Notes: generated by a model not told the origin, from the letters alone. DNA of 64,000 nucleotides from Candidatus Multivorans azotirespirans (GCA_027493095.1 JAPVXD010000159.1:21577-85576), one strand, 5' to 3'; shown: positions 45,577 to 55,509, numbered from the stretch's first letter. Made by a program: numbers and translations.

Positions 45577-45726
45577 ACGAACTCCGCGAGCAAAACGCTC
45601 GCGCGGAGAAGGTGACGGACAGTAACAGCACCGCCGTCCCGGTTCCAGCCGGAAGGGGCCAAACTCAGCGTTGTCAGTAACTTAGGGCAAACGCCTCGAG
45701 ACCGGCGGAAACGGGGCGGGAACGAC

Positions 45727-45755
45727 TTGACGATTCGGCCCTCGGAGGCTACAAT
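45727..45755 (+). promoter_or_regulatory. Strong sigma-70-type promoter upstream of carD
   Basis: TTGACG (45727-45732), a 17-nt spacer, then TACAAT (45750-45755). This predicts a leader of about 160 nt before the carD GTG at 45923. Confidence 0.55.
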
Positions 45756-45810
45756 CCGCGACCGTTAAGTACGTGATTTTCTGTAACTTAGGCACAGGGC
45801 GTCAGACAAG

Positions 45811-45854
45811 CAACTCGCGGCCGATCCCGGCAAACAACTCGCGGCCGATCCCGG
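45811..45854 (+). repeat. Two direct 20-nt repeats (24-nt period) in the carD leader
   Basis: CAACTCGCGGCCGATCCCGG occurs at 45811-45830 and again, identical, at 45835-45854. Confidence 0.9.
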
Positions 45855-45922
45855 AAGGGAAGCCTGCGTTCCGGCGATCCTGCCGAAGTGTGCACCTGCC
45901 ACCGGTTTGAAGGGAGATCAGA

Positions 45923-46438
45923 GTGTTCCGAGTGGGTGAGAAGGTCGTGTACCCCAACCACGGGGTGAGTGTGGTGGAGCGGATCGCGGTGAGCGCACCG
46001 GATGGCGGTGAGAAGCAGACCTACTACCACCTCCGCCTGCTTGCGAACGACTCCAAGGTGATGGTCCCCGAAGAGAACCTGGACCGCGTCGGCCTCCGAC
46101 GTCTGGCCAAGGAACGGGAGATCAAGGATCTGCTCGCTTTGATCGAGGACGGCAACATCGACGTCTACAAGGACTGGAAGGGTCGCTACAAGCAGAACCT
46201 GGACAAGATGCGAACCGGTGAGTTGACCGACGCTGCCGAGGTTCTCAAGAACCTCCGGCTCGTGAGCCAGAAGAAGAGCCTTTCGTTCCGCGAGAAGAAG
46301 ATGTACGAGAAGGCCAGGTACTTCATCGTGAGCGAGGTGCTCCACGTCCGTGACATCAGCGAAGAGAGCGCCGAGGAGCTGGTCGAGAAGGCGCTTACCA
46401 CCAGCCTGGACAAGATCTCGAAGGCCAAGGCGAGTTGA
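45923..46438 (+). CDS. carD: CarD/CdnL-family RNA-polymerase-binding transcription factor
   Basis: MFRVGEKVVYPNHGVSVVERI N-terminal Tudor-like motif and a helical C-terminal domain. RBS AGGGAGA lies upstream of the GTG. Confidence 0.9.
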   Translation: MFRVGEKVVYPNHGVSVVERIAVSAPDGGEKQTYYHLRLLANDSKVMVPEENLDRVGLRRLAKEREIKDLLALIEDGNIDVYKDWKGRYKQNLDKMRTGELTDAAEVLKNLRLVSQKKSLSFREKKMYEKARYFIVSEVLHVRDISEESAEELVEKALTTSLDKISKAKAS

Positions 46439-46540
46439 GCCCACGCGGCTGCCGCGGTCCCCGCTGCTGACACCCGGCCGGCGCAGGTTCGATCGGAAGC
46501 CGGGCGCTGCTCCCGAAAGCCGCCACGGGTTTGGGACACG

Positions 46541-46864
46541 GTGACCCGGCTTCTCGTCATTCTGATCGCCATCCTGCTGGCGTGGATGTGGATCGCGCGG
46601 ATGATCCGCGGAGCGTTGAGATCGCCCCGAGCCGCGGAGGCGCGTTCCCTGCTGCGGCTGCTGCAGGTACTGCGCCGTACGGCTGGCGGCGGTCAGGCCG
46701 GCGGCGGGAGAGCGCCGAGCAGCCGTTCCGCGACGGGCTCGGGCGGTGACCGACCGAAGGCCCTGCTCCGATGCAGGCGATGCGGAGTCCACGTGCCGGA
46801 GGCCCAGTTGACGGACGGAGTGTGCGGAAGCTGCATGAATGAGGACCGAACGGCCCAGGACTGA
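46541..46864 (+). CDS. Small membrane protein with C-terminal CxxC...CxxC zinc-ribbon
   Basis: N-terminal TM helix (LLVILIAILLAWMWIA), a low-complexity linker, then RCRRCGVHVPEAQLTDGVCGSC. Overlaps the priA start. Confidence 0.5.
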   Translation: MTRLLVILIAILLAWMWIARMIRGALRSPRAAEARSLLRLLQVLRRTAGGGQAGGGRAPSSRSATGSGGDRPKALLRCRRCGVHVPEAQLTDGVCGSCMNEDRTAQD

Positions 46865-49292
46865 GGCGGCCGAGTACGCCGCCGTTGCGGTTCCGGTGCC
46901 GTTGCTCGAACCTCTGACGTACCGGGTGCCGCGGCCGTGGCGCGTACTCGCCCGGGTGGGAGTGCGCGTACGGGTACCGGTCGGACGGCGCCGGCTGGTC
47001 GGCTGGATCGTCGATCTTCCCTCTGGGCCTCCCGCAGGGCTGGTGAAGGAACTGCGATCGATCGAGTCGGTCGTGGATGTCGAGCCGCTGCTGCCCGACG
47101 ACCTGATGCAGCTCGCCGGCTTCACGGCCTCCTACTACGCGGCGCCGATCGGCGAAGTGTTGAAGAGCCTGTTGCCGGGAACGGTTCCCGCCTGGGGCGA
47201 CCGCCGCGTGGAACTCACCAACCGCGGCGCTCTGGCGGATTGGCACGATCCGAAGGACCAGGCGCTTCAGCAGTTTCTGCTGGAGCGGGGCCGCGTCGCC
47301 CTGACCGAAATCTGGGGCGAGCTCGGCAACACCGATCTGCCGGGCCGGGTCGACCGCTGGCGCGAAGGCGGGAACCTCCGAATCCACGAGCCGGGCGGCC
47401 GAAGCGCCCGCTACCGCCCGGCGGTCGAATTGCCGCCGGGAGACCGCGGGAGCCAGCTAGAGCGATGCGGTCGCTCGCCGGCCGGCAGGGCGGTCGTCGA
47501 GTACCTCGCGGTCCTTGGCCGGCCGGCCACGATTCGGGAAGTGTGCGCCGGAGTCGGTTGCTCGGCAGCGGTCGTGCGCCGGCTGGTGACCCTGGGGGTC
47601 CTTCGTTCCTTCACCCAGATCGAGTCGATCGATCTTGCGCGACACCGCCTCCAGGGGAACACCGTGACGGCGCCTTTCGAGCTAAGGCCCGATCAGGCGG
47701 CAGCCGCGCGGGAACTCGTGCGGCAGGTCCGTGGCGGTCGCTTCCGACCCTGCTTCCTGGGCGGCATGACGGGGTCCGGAAAGACCGAGGTGTACCTGCG
47801 AGGGGCCGCCGCGGCGCTGCAGGAGGATCGTTCCACCGTCATCCTGGTGCCTGAGATCGCCCTGGTGCCAGCCTTGGCCCGCTCTCTCCGGGAGCGCTTC
47901 CACGACCGCGTCGCCATGCTTCACTCCAACCTCGGCAGCGCTGAACGACACCAGGAGTGGGAGCGGATCCGTAGCGGCGAAGCTCGTGTCGTCGTCGGGC
48001 CGCGTTCAGCGGTCTTCGCGCCGGCCCGGAACCTGGGCCTGATCGTCGTCGACGAGGAACAGGACGGCGCCTACAAGCAGGACACCCGTCCACGGTACAG
48101 CGGCCGGGACCTGGCCCTGGTGCGAGCCCGGACCTCAGCAGCCGCTGCTCTGCTGGTTTCCGCGACGCCGAGTCTCGAGACGCGGCTGAACGTCGAGCGG
48201 GGGCGCTATCGCGAGCTTCGGCTGACCGCCCGGGTTGGCGTTGGTGCGCTTCCCGAGGCGATTCTCGTCGACCTTCGCAAGGAGCCCGGCGATGGGCCCC
48301 GGCGGCCCGGTGACGTCGCCTTCTCACGGGTGCTGGTCCAGGAGATCGAGGACAGTCTGAACCGCGGCGAGCAGGTCATCCTGCTGCGGAACCGTCGCGG
48401 GTACTCGCCGCAACTCCTGTGCCGCGCCTGCGGCGAGAACATGCCGTGCGAAGACTGCGGCCTGCCGAAGAGCTACCACCGCCGCGAAGGACGGCTGATC
48501 TGCCACTACTGCGGCGGCCACGCGCAGGCGCCGAGGGTTTGTCCCGAGTGCGGTGAGGATGCGCTGCAACCGATCGGGGCGGGCACGGAGCGGGTGGAGG
48601 AGGAGGTTCGAAGACGCTTCCCGGCTGCTGCCGTGGACGTTCTCGACCGCGATACGACGCGGCGGGTCGGCGGCGCCGCGGCGGTACTCGAACGGTTCCG
48701 ATCCGGGCGTACCGAGATACTGATCGGCACGCAGATGATCTCCAAGGGCCACCATTTCCCGAATGTCGCGCTCGCGGCCGTCCTGACCGCCGACTCCTAC
48801 CTCGGGTTCCCCGATTTTCGCGCTGCCGAAAGGAGCTATGCCCTGCTGACGCAGCTTGCCGGACGCGCCGGCCGAGGCGAGCGCGCAGGCCGGTTCGTCA
48901 TTCAGACGTACCATCCGGATCACTACGCGATCCAGGCCGTCCTGAACCACGACGACGAGGCCTTCGCCAGCCACGAAATGCGCTTTCGCCGCACCTTCCA
49001 CTACCCGCCGTTCACCCGCATGGTCCAGCTCGTCGTGCGTGACCGGAACCGTGACCGGGGCCGTTCGCGGATCGAGGAACTGGCGGCCGCGGCCCGGAGG
49101 CACGAGCTCGCTCCCGGCGTTCGCTTCTCCGGACCCGCGCCGGCGCCGCTGGAGCGTCTCAAGGGCCAGTGGCGCTTCCAGTTCCTGATGCGCTCGGCTA
49201 GCGGAGCTGACGTAAGGAACCTGGCCATGGCCGTGGCCCCGGCACCCGCGGCCGACCTGACCGTCGACGTCGATCCCCAGGACCTGATGTGA
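46839..49292 (+). CDS. priA: Primosomal protein N' (replication restart helicase)
   Basis: Walker A GMTGSGKTEVY, DEEQDGAYKQ, a Cys-rich zinc insert (CRACGENMPCEDCGLP...CHYCG...CPECG), and GTQMISKGHHFPNV. Confidence 0.95.
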   Translation: MRTERPRTEAAEYAAVAVPVPLLEPLTYRVPRPWRVLARVGVRVRVPVGRRRLVGWIVDLPSGPPAGLVKELRSIESVVDVEPLLPDDLMQLAGFTASYYAAPIGEVLKSLLPGTVPAWGDRRVELTNRGALADWHDPKDQALQQFLLERGRVALTEIWGELGNTDLPGRVDRWREGGNLRIHEPGGRSARYRPAVELPPGDRGSQLERCGRSPAGRAVVEYLAVLGRPATIREVCAGVGCSAAVVRRLVTLGVLRSFTQIESIDLARHRLQGNTVTAPFELRPDQAAAARELVRQVRGGRFRPCFLGGMTGSGKTEVYLRGAAAALQEDRSTVILVPEIALVPALARSLRERFHDRVAMLHSNLGSAERHQEWERIRSGEARVVVGPRSAVFAPARNLGLIVVDEEQDGAYKQDTRPRYSGRDLALVRARTSAAAALLVSATPSLETRLNVERGRYRELRLTARVGVGALPEAILVDLRKEPGDGPRRPGDVAFSRVLVQEIEDSLNRGEQVILLRNRRGYSPQLLCRACGENMPCEDCGLPKSYHRREGRLICHYCGGHAQAPRVCPECGEDALQPIGAGTERVEEEVRRRFPAAAVDVLDRDTTRRVGGAAAVLERFRSGRTEILIGTQMISKGHHFPNVALAAVLTADSYLGFPDFRAAERSYALLTQLAGRAGRGERAGRFVIQTYHPDHYAIQAVLNHDDEAFASHEMRFRRTFHYPPFTRMVQLVVRDRNRDRGRSRIEELAAAARRHELAPGVRFSGPAPAPLERLKGQWRFQFLMRSASGADVRNLAMAVAPAPAADLTVDVDPQDLM

Positions 49293-51040
49293 CCCCTCGG
49301 CCTGCCGTGGAGGAAGAACGAACGGAGAGGGCGGAGTGGCGCGAGAAACCGACGCCCGAAACCGCTGGGGCGCTGGCGGAGGCGGGATACGGTCTGCTGG
49401 CCGCGCCGCTGGCCCGTAGAGGCGTCGCTACGCCAGCGGAGGCCGACGCCTTCCTTGCGCCCCATCGACGCGATTTACACGATCCCTTCCTGCTGCACGG
49501 CATGGAGGAGGCGGTGGAGCGTCTCCGGAGAGCCTGTCGCGACAGCGGTACGGTAGCCGTCGTCGGGGATTACGATGTGGATGGCGTGACCGCCTGCGCC
49601 CTCCTGACCGCGGTACTGCGCGCCCTTGGCGCGGAGGTTGTTCCGATCCTCCCGAACCGGCTAACGGAGGGCTATGGCTTCCAGGTCCTTCAGGTGGAAA
49701 AGGCCCACCGCGCAGGCGCCTCCCTGATCGTCACCGTGGACTGCGGAACGACCTCCGCCGACGCGGTGCTGGGGGCGATCGACCGCGGTATCGACGTGAT
49801 CGTGACCGACCATCATGTCGCCGGCAGTGACTTTCCCTCACAGGCGATCCAGATCAACCCGCTCCAGGATCACTGCGGCTATCCCTTCCGCCATCTCTGC
49901 GGCGCCGGACTCGCCTTCAAGCTGGCGCAGGGGGTGCTGCGGCGAAGCGGGCGCGAAGAGCCGCTGGCCGCCCTGCTGCGGATCGCGTGCCTGGGCACGA
50001 TCGCCGACGTCGTGCCGCTGGTGGGAGAGAACCGCGTGATCGCCGCGCTCGGCCTGCGGGCCCTCTCCGAGGCGCGCTCACCGGGCTTGCGGGCGCTGAT
50101 GCGCGTAGCGCGCATCGAGGGCGCCGTGTCGTCGACCGAGGTCGCGTTCCGCCTCGGACCGCGGATCAACGCTGCTGGACGACTCGCCGACGCCGGTCTC
50201 GCGCTTCGGTTGCTCCTGACCCGGGACTCGGCGGAGGCGGCCCGTCTTGCCGGCAAGCTCGATGCCCTGAATCGCAGCCGGCAGGCCGAGGAGAGGCGGG
50301 TCGTCAAGCAGGCGGCCGAACGCTTCGCGGATCGTGACCCGTTGCCGGGCATTCTGGTGGCCTGGAGCCCGGAGTGGCACCGCGGCGTCGTGGGAATCGC
50401 TGCCGGACGCCTCGCGCGCGAGTTTCACCGCCCTGTGATTCTCCTGGGAGTCGACGGAGACACCGGCACCGGATCGGGCCGGAGCATCCCGCATCTCGAT
50501 CTCCACTCCTTCGTGGCCGGTTTTCGGCATCGGACGACCCGGTTCGGCGGCCATCCCCAGGCCATCGGCCTCTCGGTGGCCGTTTCCGAGTTGCCGGACC
50601 TCAGGAACGCAATGGAAGAAACCGCCGAATGGCCGCCAGGAGTTCTCGTGCGGCGACGCGAGTACGAACTGGACCTCTCCGCCGAGCAGATCGGTTCCGA
50701 CCTCTACGCGGAGCTTGCCAGGCTGGAACCACACGGCGAAGGGAACCGGCGGCCCCTGATCCGGCTCGGTCCGCTTGAGCGGGTCGGGCCGTTGCGTGAG
50801 TTCGGCGAAGACCACCTCAAGCTGCGTGCGCGGGCCGCGGGGGGAGAGGCTTCGGAAGCAGGCCGACCCGTCTGGCTGCTCGGATGGGGCTGGAGGGAGC
50901 GGGCGGCCCGTCTGGACGGCCGTTTCGAGGCTCTCGGCGCCCTGGAGTGGGATTCCTACCAGGGCGGTCCGGTGGTGAGACTCGAGGACGCCCGTCCAAT
51001 CGGAAACGACCGGATGCCGGAACGTAGAATGTCGGCATGA
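49289..51040 (+). CDS. recJ: Single-stranded-DNA-specific exonuclease RecJ
   Basis: DHH motifs (GDYDVDGVTA, TVDCG, VTDHH) and a DHHA1 motif (GGHPQAIG). Confidence 0.93.
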   Translation: MTPRPAVEEERTERAEWREKPTPETAGALAEAGYGLLAAPLARRGVATPAEADAFLAPHRRDLHDPFLLHGMEEAVERLRRACRDSGTVAVVGDYDVDGVTACALLTAVLRALGAEVVPILPNRLTEGYGFQVLQVEKAHRAGASLIVTVDCGTTSADAVLGAIDRGIDVIVTDHHVAGSDFPSQAIQINPLQDHCGYPFRHLCGAGLAFKLAQGVLRRSGREEPLAALLRIACLGTIADVVPLVGENRVIAALGLRALSEARSPGLRALMRVARIEGAVSSTEVAFRLGPRINAAGRLADAGLALRLLLTRDSAEAARLAGKLDALNRSRQAEERRVVKQAAERFADRDPLPGILVAWSPEWHRGVVGIAAGRLAREFHRPVILLGVDGDTGTGSGRSIPHLDLHSFVAGFRHRTTRFGGHPQAIGLSVAVSELPDLRNAMEETAEWPPGVLVRRREYELDLSAEQIGSDLYAELARLEPHGEGNRRPLIRLGPLERVGPLREFGEDHLKLRARAAGGEASEAGRPVWLLGWGWRERAARLDGRFEALGALEWDSYQGGPVVRLEDARPIGNDRMPERRMSA

Positions 51041-53250
51041 CGCCGGACGCTCCTCACGGGCCGCGGAAAGCGACCTCCCCGGGGGCGACTTCCCCGGCGG
51101 AAGGGCCCAGTTCCGCCTACGGACCGAAGCTGCGTCGGGCCCCGAACTTCGGGAGACGCCGGCAACTGCGCCACCGCCTGCTGAGGGCCATCCTGCTGCT
51201 GGCGCTGGTGGCCGGCGTCGGGGGCCTGACCGCGGTCTTTCTGCAGGGACGGGAGGAACGTGCCGCGGCCGAGCCGGCGGCTATCGCTCAGGAAGCCGCC
51301 GACACGGTTGAAGGGCCGGAAGCGATCGTCGAAACCGCCCAGCTCAGCGCCGAGGAGTTCGAGTCGACGCTCGAGCGCGAGGGGACCGAAGTGTTCCGCA
51401 TCCGCGGCGCCGAGACCAGCTCGGACGATCAGGGCAACGTGCACCTCAGCCAGGTCGATGTCGACTACCCGCAGGGCGAAGAGCACTACTCCCTCCGCGC
51501 GGACAACGCGACCTACAACGAGGTGACGAGCGCGACCCGCCTCGAGGGTTCGGTTTCTCTCGAAGGGACCAACGGCCTCGCTGTGGCTACCGACTGGATG
51601 GAGCTGGCGGAAGGCGGCATGTTCCTGACCGCGGCGGACGACAGCCGCTTCAGCTTCCAGGGCGTAACCGTTGAGGGAGACGACCTGCGGATGAACTTCC
51701 GCGAGGAGATCGCCCGCATGGACGGCGGCGTTCGTCTGGTCGGCGCGGACGAACCCGGCAGCGATGTGGAGGCCGGAGCGTCTGAATCGGTCTCTCTGGC
51801 CGCCCAGACCCTGGAGTACCGCTGGCGCGAGGGTGTCATGCGGGCTCTCGGCGGAGCCGAGATGCAGCTCGGGAGCTTCACGCTGGCCGCTCGCGCGCTG
51901 ACCTTGCAGGAGGGCGAGACCGGCGGCCTCGTGGGGCTCGAAGCGCGAGGCGGGATCGAGCTGAGGGCTCCCTTGGGAGCCACCGAACTGGAGGCCGAAG
52001 GCGCCGGCGGCCCGGCTGAACAGTCCACTCTCGTCCTGCGCGGTGAGGCCCTGGACGTCCGGTTCGACGAGGCCCAGTTTCCCGCGCGGGTCAACCTGAG
52101 TGGACCGAGTTGGGGCGGACCTGCCGTGTTGCGCATCGACCATGGAGACGGATCGCAGCGACGCATCCGGGCGAGACTCCTCGAGTTCAGTTTCCTGGAA
52201 GGCATGCTCTCCGAGTTCTCTTCGCGCGGCAGGGTCGAGCTTCAGGAACTCGTGCCGGGCAGGCAGCGCCCGCTGCGAGAAGCGTCGAGCGTCGTTGCCG
52301 GCGGCCGCTTCGACGCGGAAGGCGTCCTGACCGAACTGACGCTCGGGGGCAATGTCGTCCTGACCGATCGAAGCGAAGCACCGGTAACCGCCAGCGCCGA
52401 CGAGGCGGCGATCGATCCATCAACGCAACGCGTCGATTTCCGCGGGCAGCCCGCGAAGCTCGTTCACTCTCAGGGAGAACTCGAGGGTTCGACGGTCCTC
52501 TACGATCAGGCGAAGGGCTGTTCCGACGCGAGCGGAGGAGTGCGCCTCACGCTGAGCGGCAACGATGCGGCCGGTAGCGCACTACCGTTCAGCGGGGACG
52601 AGTCCGAGGCCGGCCCGTCGCTGATCACGGCCGGCGAAGCGCTGATCTGCGAAGCGGGTGAGAGTCGGTTCCGCGATGACGTGGAAGTGCGACGCGGCTC
52701 CGACCTCCTCGCGGCCGCCCAGTTGCGCATCACGGAGGACCGCCGGCGGATGGTCGCGAACGGCGACGTTCGGACGGTCTGGCACGCTCAGCCGGTGGCC
52801 GGCGCCGCGACCACTGAAGGAACCGGGACGGAGAGCGCTACGGAGCGCTGGTCGATCGCCGCGGCTCGCATGAACTACGACGAAGACAGCGGCGAACTGC
52901 GCTACAGCGGGGGAGTCGCGGCAGTCCTGGGGGAGCAGAGTCTGGAGTGCGACGAACTGACGGTCGAGGGGGCTTCAGGCGACCGGGGTTCCGCAATGGA
53001 GGGCTTTCAGGCTCGCACGCTCTTCTGTCTGGGTAACGCCCGCCTCGACGACCTCGGGGACGGTCGCAAGGTGGAGGCGAACCGCGCGATCTACGCATTT
53101 GCCGAGCGGATGATCCGGCTCTCCGGCAGCGTCGTGTTCCGTGTGGGAACGGACGAGTGGCGCGGACCCGGCCTGATCTACTGGATCGACCAGCGCCGCT
53201 ATGAGATGAGGCCGTCCGGCAGTTCGGCTGCCGGAGCCGGCGACCCGTGA
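51037..53250 (+). CDS. Large membrane-anchored OstA/LptA-LptC-like protein (multiple OstA-like beta-jellyroll segments)
   Basis: 737 aa. One N-terminal TM helix ([22 protein letters not shown]) is followed by repeated OstA_N-like segments (ADNATYNE.., A..L.Y...G......G.V..). It occupies the lptC/lptA position immediately upstream of lptB, with overlapping stop/start codons on both sides. Confidence 0.65.
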   Translation: MTPDAPHGPRKATSPGATSPAEGPSSAYGPKLRRAPNFGRRRQLRHRLLRAILLLALVAGVGGLTAVFLQGREERAAAEPAAIAQEAADTVEGPEAIVETAQLSAEEFESTLEREGTEVFRIRGAETSSDDQGNVHLSQVDVDYPQGEEHYSLRADNATYNEVTSATRLEGSVSLEGTNGLAVATDWMELAEGGMFLTAADDSRFSFQGVTVEGDDLRMNFREEIARMDGGVRLVGADEPGSDVEAGASESVSLAAQTLEYRWREGVMRALGGAEMQLGSFTLAARALTLQEGETGGLVGLEARGGIELRAPLGATELEAEGAGGPAEQSTLVLRGEALDVRFDEAQFPARVNLSGPSWGGPAVLRIDHGDGSQRRIRARLLEFSFLEGMLSEFSSRGRVELQELVPGRQRPLREASSVVAGGRFDAEGVLTELTLGGNVVLTDRSEAPVTASADEAAIDPSTQRVDFRGQPAKLVHSQGELEGSTVLYDQAKGCSDASGGVRLTLSGNDAAGSALPFSGDESEAGPSLITAGEALICEAGESRFRDDVEVRRGSDLLAAAQLRITEDRRRMVANGDVRTVWHAQPVAGAATTEGTGTESATERWSIAAARMNYDEDSGELRYSGGVAAVLGEQSLECDELTVEGASGDRGSAMEGFQARTLFCLGNARLDDLGDGRKVEANRAIYAFAERMIRLSGSVVFRVGTDEWRGPGLIYWIDQRRYEMRPSGSSAAGAGDP

Positions 53251-53940
53251 CGGCGCAATCCGCATCCCGGCACCGCATCCGCACCCAGGACGTGCGGAAG
53301 GTGTACCGGGGTAGACCCGTCGTCCAGGACGTGTCGATCGAGGTCGCCCAGGGGGAGGTCGTCGGGCTGCTGGGGCCCAACGGCGCCGGCAAGACGACCA
53401 CGTTCTACATCGTCGTCGGATTGACCCGGCCGGACCAGGGCCGAGTCTTCTTTGATGACATCGAGATCACCGATCTGCCCATGTACCTCCGGGCGCAGCA
53501 GGGGATCAGCTATCTGCCGCAGGAGCCCTCCGTCTTCCGGCGATTGTCCGTCGAAGGCAACCTCCGCGCCGTGTTCGAGACCCTGGGTCTCCGCCGCGCC
53601 GAGCAGCGACGCCGGATGAACCAGTTGATCGCCGACTTCGACCTCGTCGCGGTGCGACGTTCGAAGGGGAACCAGCTCTCGGGCGGTGAGCGGCGTCGCC
53701 TGGAGATTGCCCGGGCGCTGGCGATCGGACCCAGTTTCATCCTGCTGGACGAGCCGTTTGCCGGAATCGATCCGATCGCCGTTCTGGACATCCAGGCGAT
53801 CGTCCGCCAGCTTCGCGACATGGGCATCGGGGTCCTGATCACCGACCACAACGTCCGCGCGGGTGCCACGGTGGTGATACCGTGGACTTGGCACTACTCT
53901 TGCTGCGGCCCCGAGGGACCGCCGCATTCGGTAAGCGATC
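53247..53940 (+). CDS. lptB: LPS export ABC transporter ATPase LptB; family similarity stops after the H-loop and there is no in-frame stop before rpoN (possible pseudogene or sequence error)
   Basis: Walker [14 protein letters not shown]-loop YLPQE, signature LSGGERRR, Walker [13 protein letters not shown], and H-loop ITDHNVR (ends at 53858). The expected ETL..DR.Y....G....G....I......YLG tail is absent, and the frame stays open to 54803. Confidence 0.75.
53889..53904 (+). promoter_or_regulatory. Sigma-54 (RpoN) -24/-12 promoter immediately upstream of rpoN
   Basis: TGGCAC (53889-53894), TACTC, then TTGCT (53900-53904): a perfect TGGCAC-N5-TTGCW match. The -12 GC lies 38 nt upstream of the rpoN ATG at 53941. 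Confidence 0.55.
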
Positions 53941-55509
53941 ATGGTGCTCCAACAGAGGCTTTCGCTCAAGCTGGCCCAGCGGCTGGTGATGACGCCGTCC
54001 CTGCAGCAGGCGATCAAGTTGCTGCAGATGACGCGGCTGGAGCTTCAGGGGGTCCTCAACCAGGAAATGGTGGAGAACCCCATGCTCGAGGATGTCGGGG
54101 ACCAGGAGGACTCCGAAGAGGCCGAGGACCAGAGCCCGGAAGAGGAGCCGTCGATGCTCGACATCGATCTCGACGCGTACTTCAACGACTACCTGGGATC
54201 CGAATCGACCGCCCCGAACACGTTCGAGGCGAGGGATGCGGTGCCCTTCGAGAACAGCATCAGTCGGGAACCGGACCTCTACGATCACCTGCTCTGGCAG
54301 TTGCGGCTCTCCGACGCCAAGCCGCCGGTGCGGGACATCGCCGAACTCGTTATCGGCAACCTGGATGCGGACGGGTTCCTCCGGGCCTCGATCGAGGAGC
54401 TCCAACTCCTCGGCGCCCAACCCGCCGAGGTCGAGCGCTACCAGGCGGAGGTCGCGATCGCCCGGGAGATGGCGGAAGCGTTTTCGGCCAACCACGACGG
54501 GAACGGAAACGTCGCCGCGGCGCCTGGAGGCGAAGGGACGGAATCCGGGCCCGGGCCCGAGCCGGTGCCGGTGCCTGGATACCCCGCCGAGTGCGTGGAC
54601 CGGGCACTGGCCCTGGTGCGGCGTTTCGATCCCCCGGGAATCGCCTGGCAGACGCTCCCCGAGTGCCTGCTGGCCCAACTCGAGGCCCGGGACGAAACCG
54701 GGAGCCTGGCCTGGCGCATCGTCGACGAGTGCTGGCACCTGCTGGCCCGGCGCCAGTTCCGCCAGATCGCGCGATGTCTCCGTACGCCGCTGCCGGCCCT
54801 TGAAGCGCCCATAGAGGCGATCAAGGCCCTGGAGACCCGCCCGGGCCGTCTCTTCTCTCACGAGCGCACGGAGTACGTCGAGCCGGACGTCGTCGCCGTG
54901 AAGACAGGAGGGGAGTGGGCGATCCAGTTGAACGACGACGGCCTTCCGAAGCTCCGCATCAGCCGCGCCTACCGAACGATGCTCCAGCGCATGCAGCGCG
55001 AAGAAGGCGAGGCCGAGGCTCGCGAGTTCCTGAAGGACAAGATGCGTTCCGCCATGTGGCTGATGAAGAGCCTGGACCAGCGGCAGAGAACGATCTACAA
55101 GGTCGCGGAGTCCATCCTGCGGCAGCAGCGCGGCTTCTTCGATCACGGCATCGAAGAACTCCGTCCCATGGTCCTCCGCGATGTCGCCGACGACATCGGA
55201 ATGCACGAGTCGACGGTCAGTCGGGTGGTGTCGAACAAGTACATCCACACGCCGCGCGGTCTGTACCCGATGAAGTTCTTCTTTCACAGCGGCATCGACT
55301 GTGACCGGGGCGGTGAGATCTCCTCCTTGACGGTGAAGCGAAAGCTCCGGCACCTGATCGACGACGAAGACGGGCGCAAACCACTCTCCGATTCGGCGTT
55401 GACGCGACAACTCCAGGGAGAGGGCATTAACATCGCCCGGCGGACAGTCGCCAAGTACCGCGATGAACTTGGCATTCCGTCTTCGAACGACCGCAAGCAG
55501 ATCTTCTGA
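53941..55509 (+). CDS. rpoN: RNA polymerase sigma-54 factor
   Basis: Region I ([27 protein letters not shown]), an acidic region II, a core-binding region, an HTH, and the RpoN box ARRTVAKYR. Confidence 0.97.
   Translation: MVLQQRLSLKLAQRLVMTPSLQQAIKLLQMTRLELQGVLNQEMVENPMLEDVGDQEDSEEAEDQSPEEEPSMLDIDLDAYFNDYLGSESTAPNTFEARDAVPFENSISREPDLYDHLLWQLRLSDAKPPVRDIAELVIGNLDADGFLRASIEELQLLGAQPAEVERYQAEVAIAREMAEAFSANHDGNGNVAAAPGGEGTESGPGPEPVPVPGYPAECVDRALALVRRFDPPGIAWQTLPECLLAQLEARDETGSLAWRIVDECWHLLARRQFRQIARCLRTPLPALEAPIEAIKALETRPGRLFSHERTEYVEPDVVAVKTGGEWAIQLNDDGLPKLRISRAYRTMLQRMQREEGEAEAREFLKDKMRSAMWLMKSLDQRQRTIYKVAESILRQQRGFFDHGIEELRPMVLRDVADDIGMHESTVSRVVSNKYIHTPRGLYPMKFFFHSGIDCDRGGEISSLTVKRKLRHLIDDEDGRKPLSDSALTRQLQGEGINIARRTVAKYRDELGIPSSNDRKQIF

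Noticed and set aside
45590-45616. Hairpin CTCCGCG-AGCAAAACGCTCG-CGCGGAG next to tRNA-Leu(CAA) as a terminator
   Set aside because: It lies upstream (5') of the minus-strand tRNA and is not followed by a T-run on either strand, so there is no support for an intrinsic terminator.
45217-45680. Three overlapping plus-strand ORFs encoding a repeated peptide, MVPEVGVEPTRPIRAQGCCESPQGTR
   Set aside because: The repeated peptide is simply the translation of the reverse complement of the tRNA-Leu 3' end and its two tandem copies. It is not a repeat protein.
53861-53989. A single -1/+2 frameshift after the LptB H-loop as the explanation for the missing C-terminus
   Set aside because: The shifted frame terminates at 53987-53989 and would give a protein of about 247 aa, which is the right size. 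However, its translation ([42 protein letters not shown]) lacks the conserved DRAY...G...G.P.E and YLG motifs. It would also overlap the conserved rpoN N-terminus by 49 nt. The length match therefore looks coincidental, though read-level inspection is still needed.
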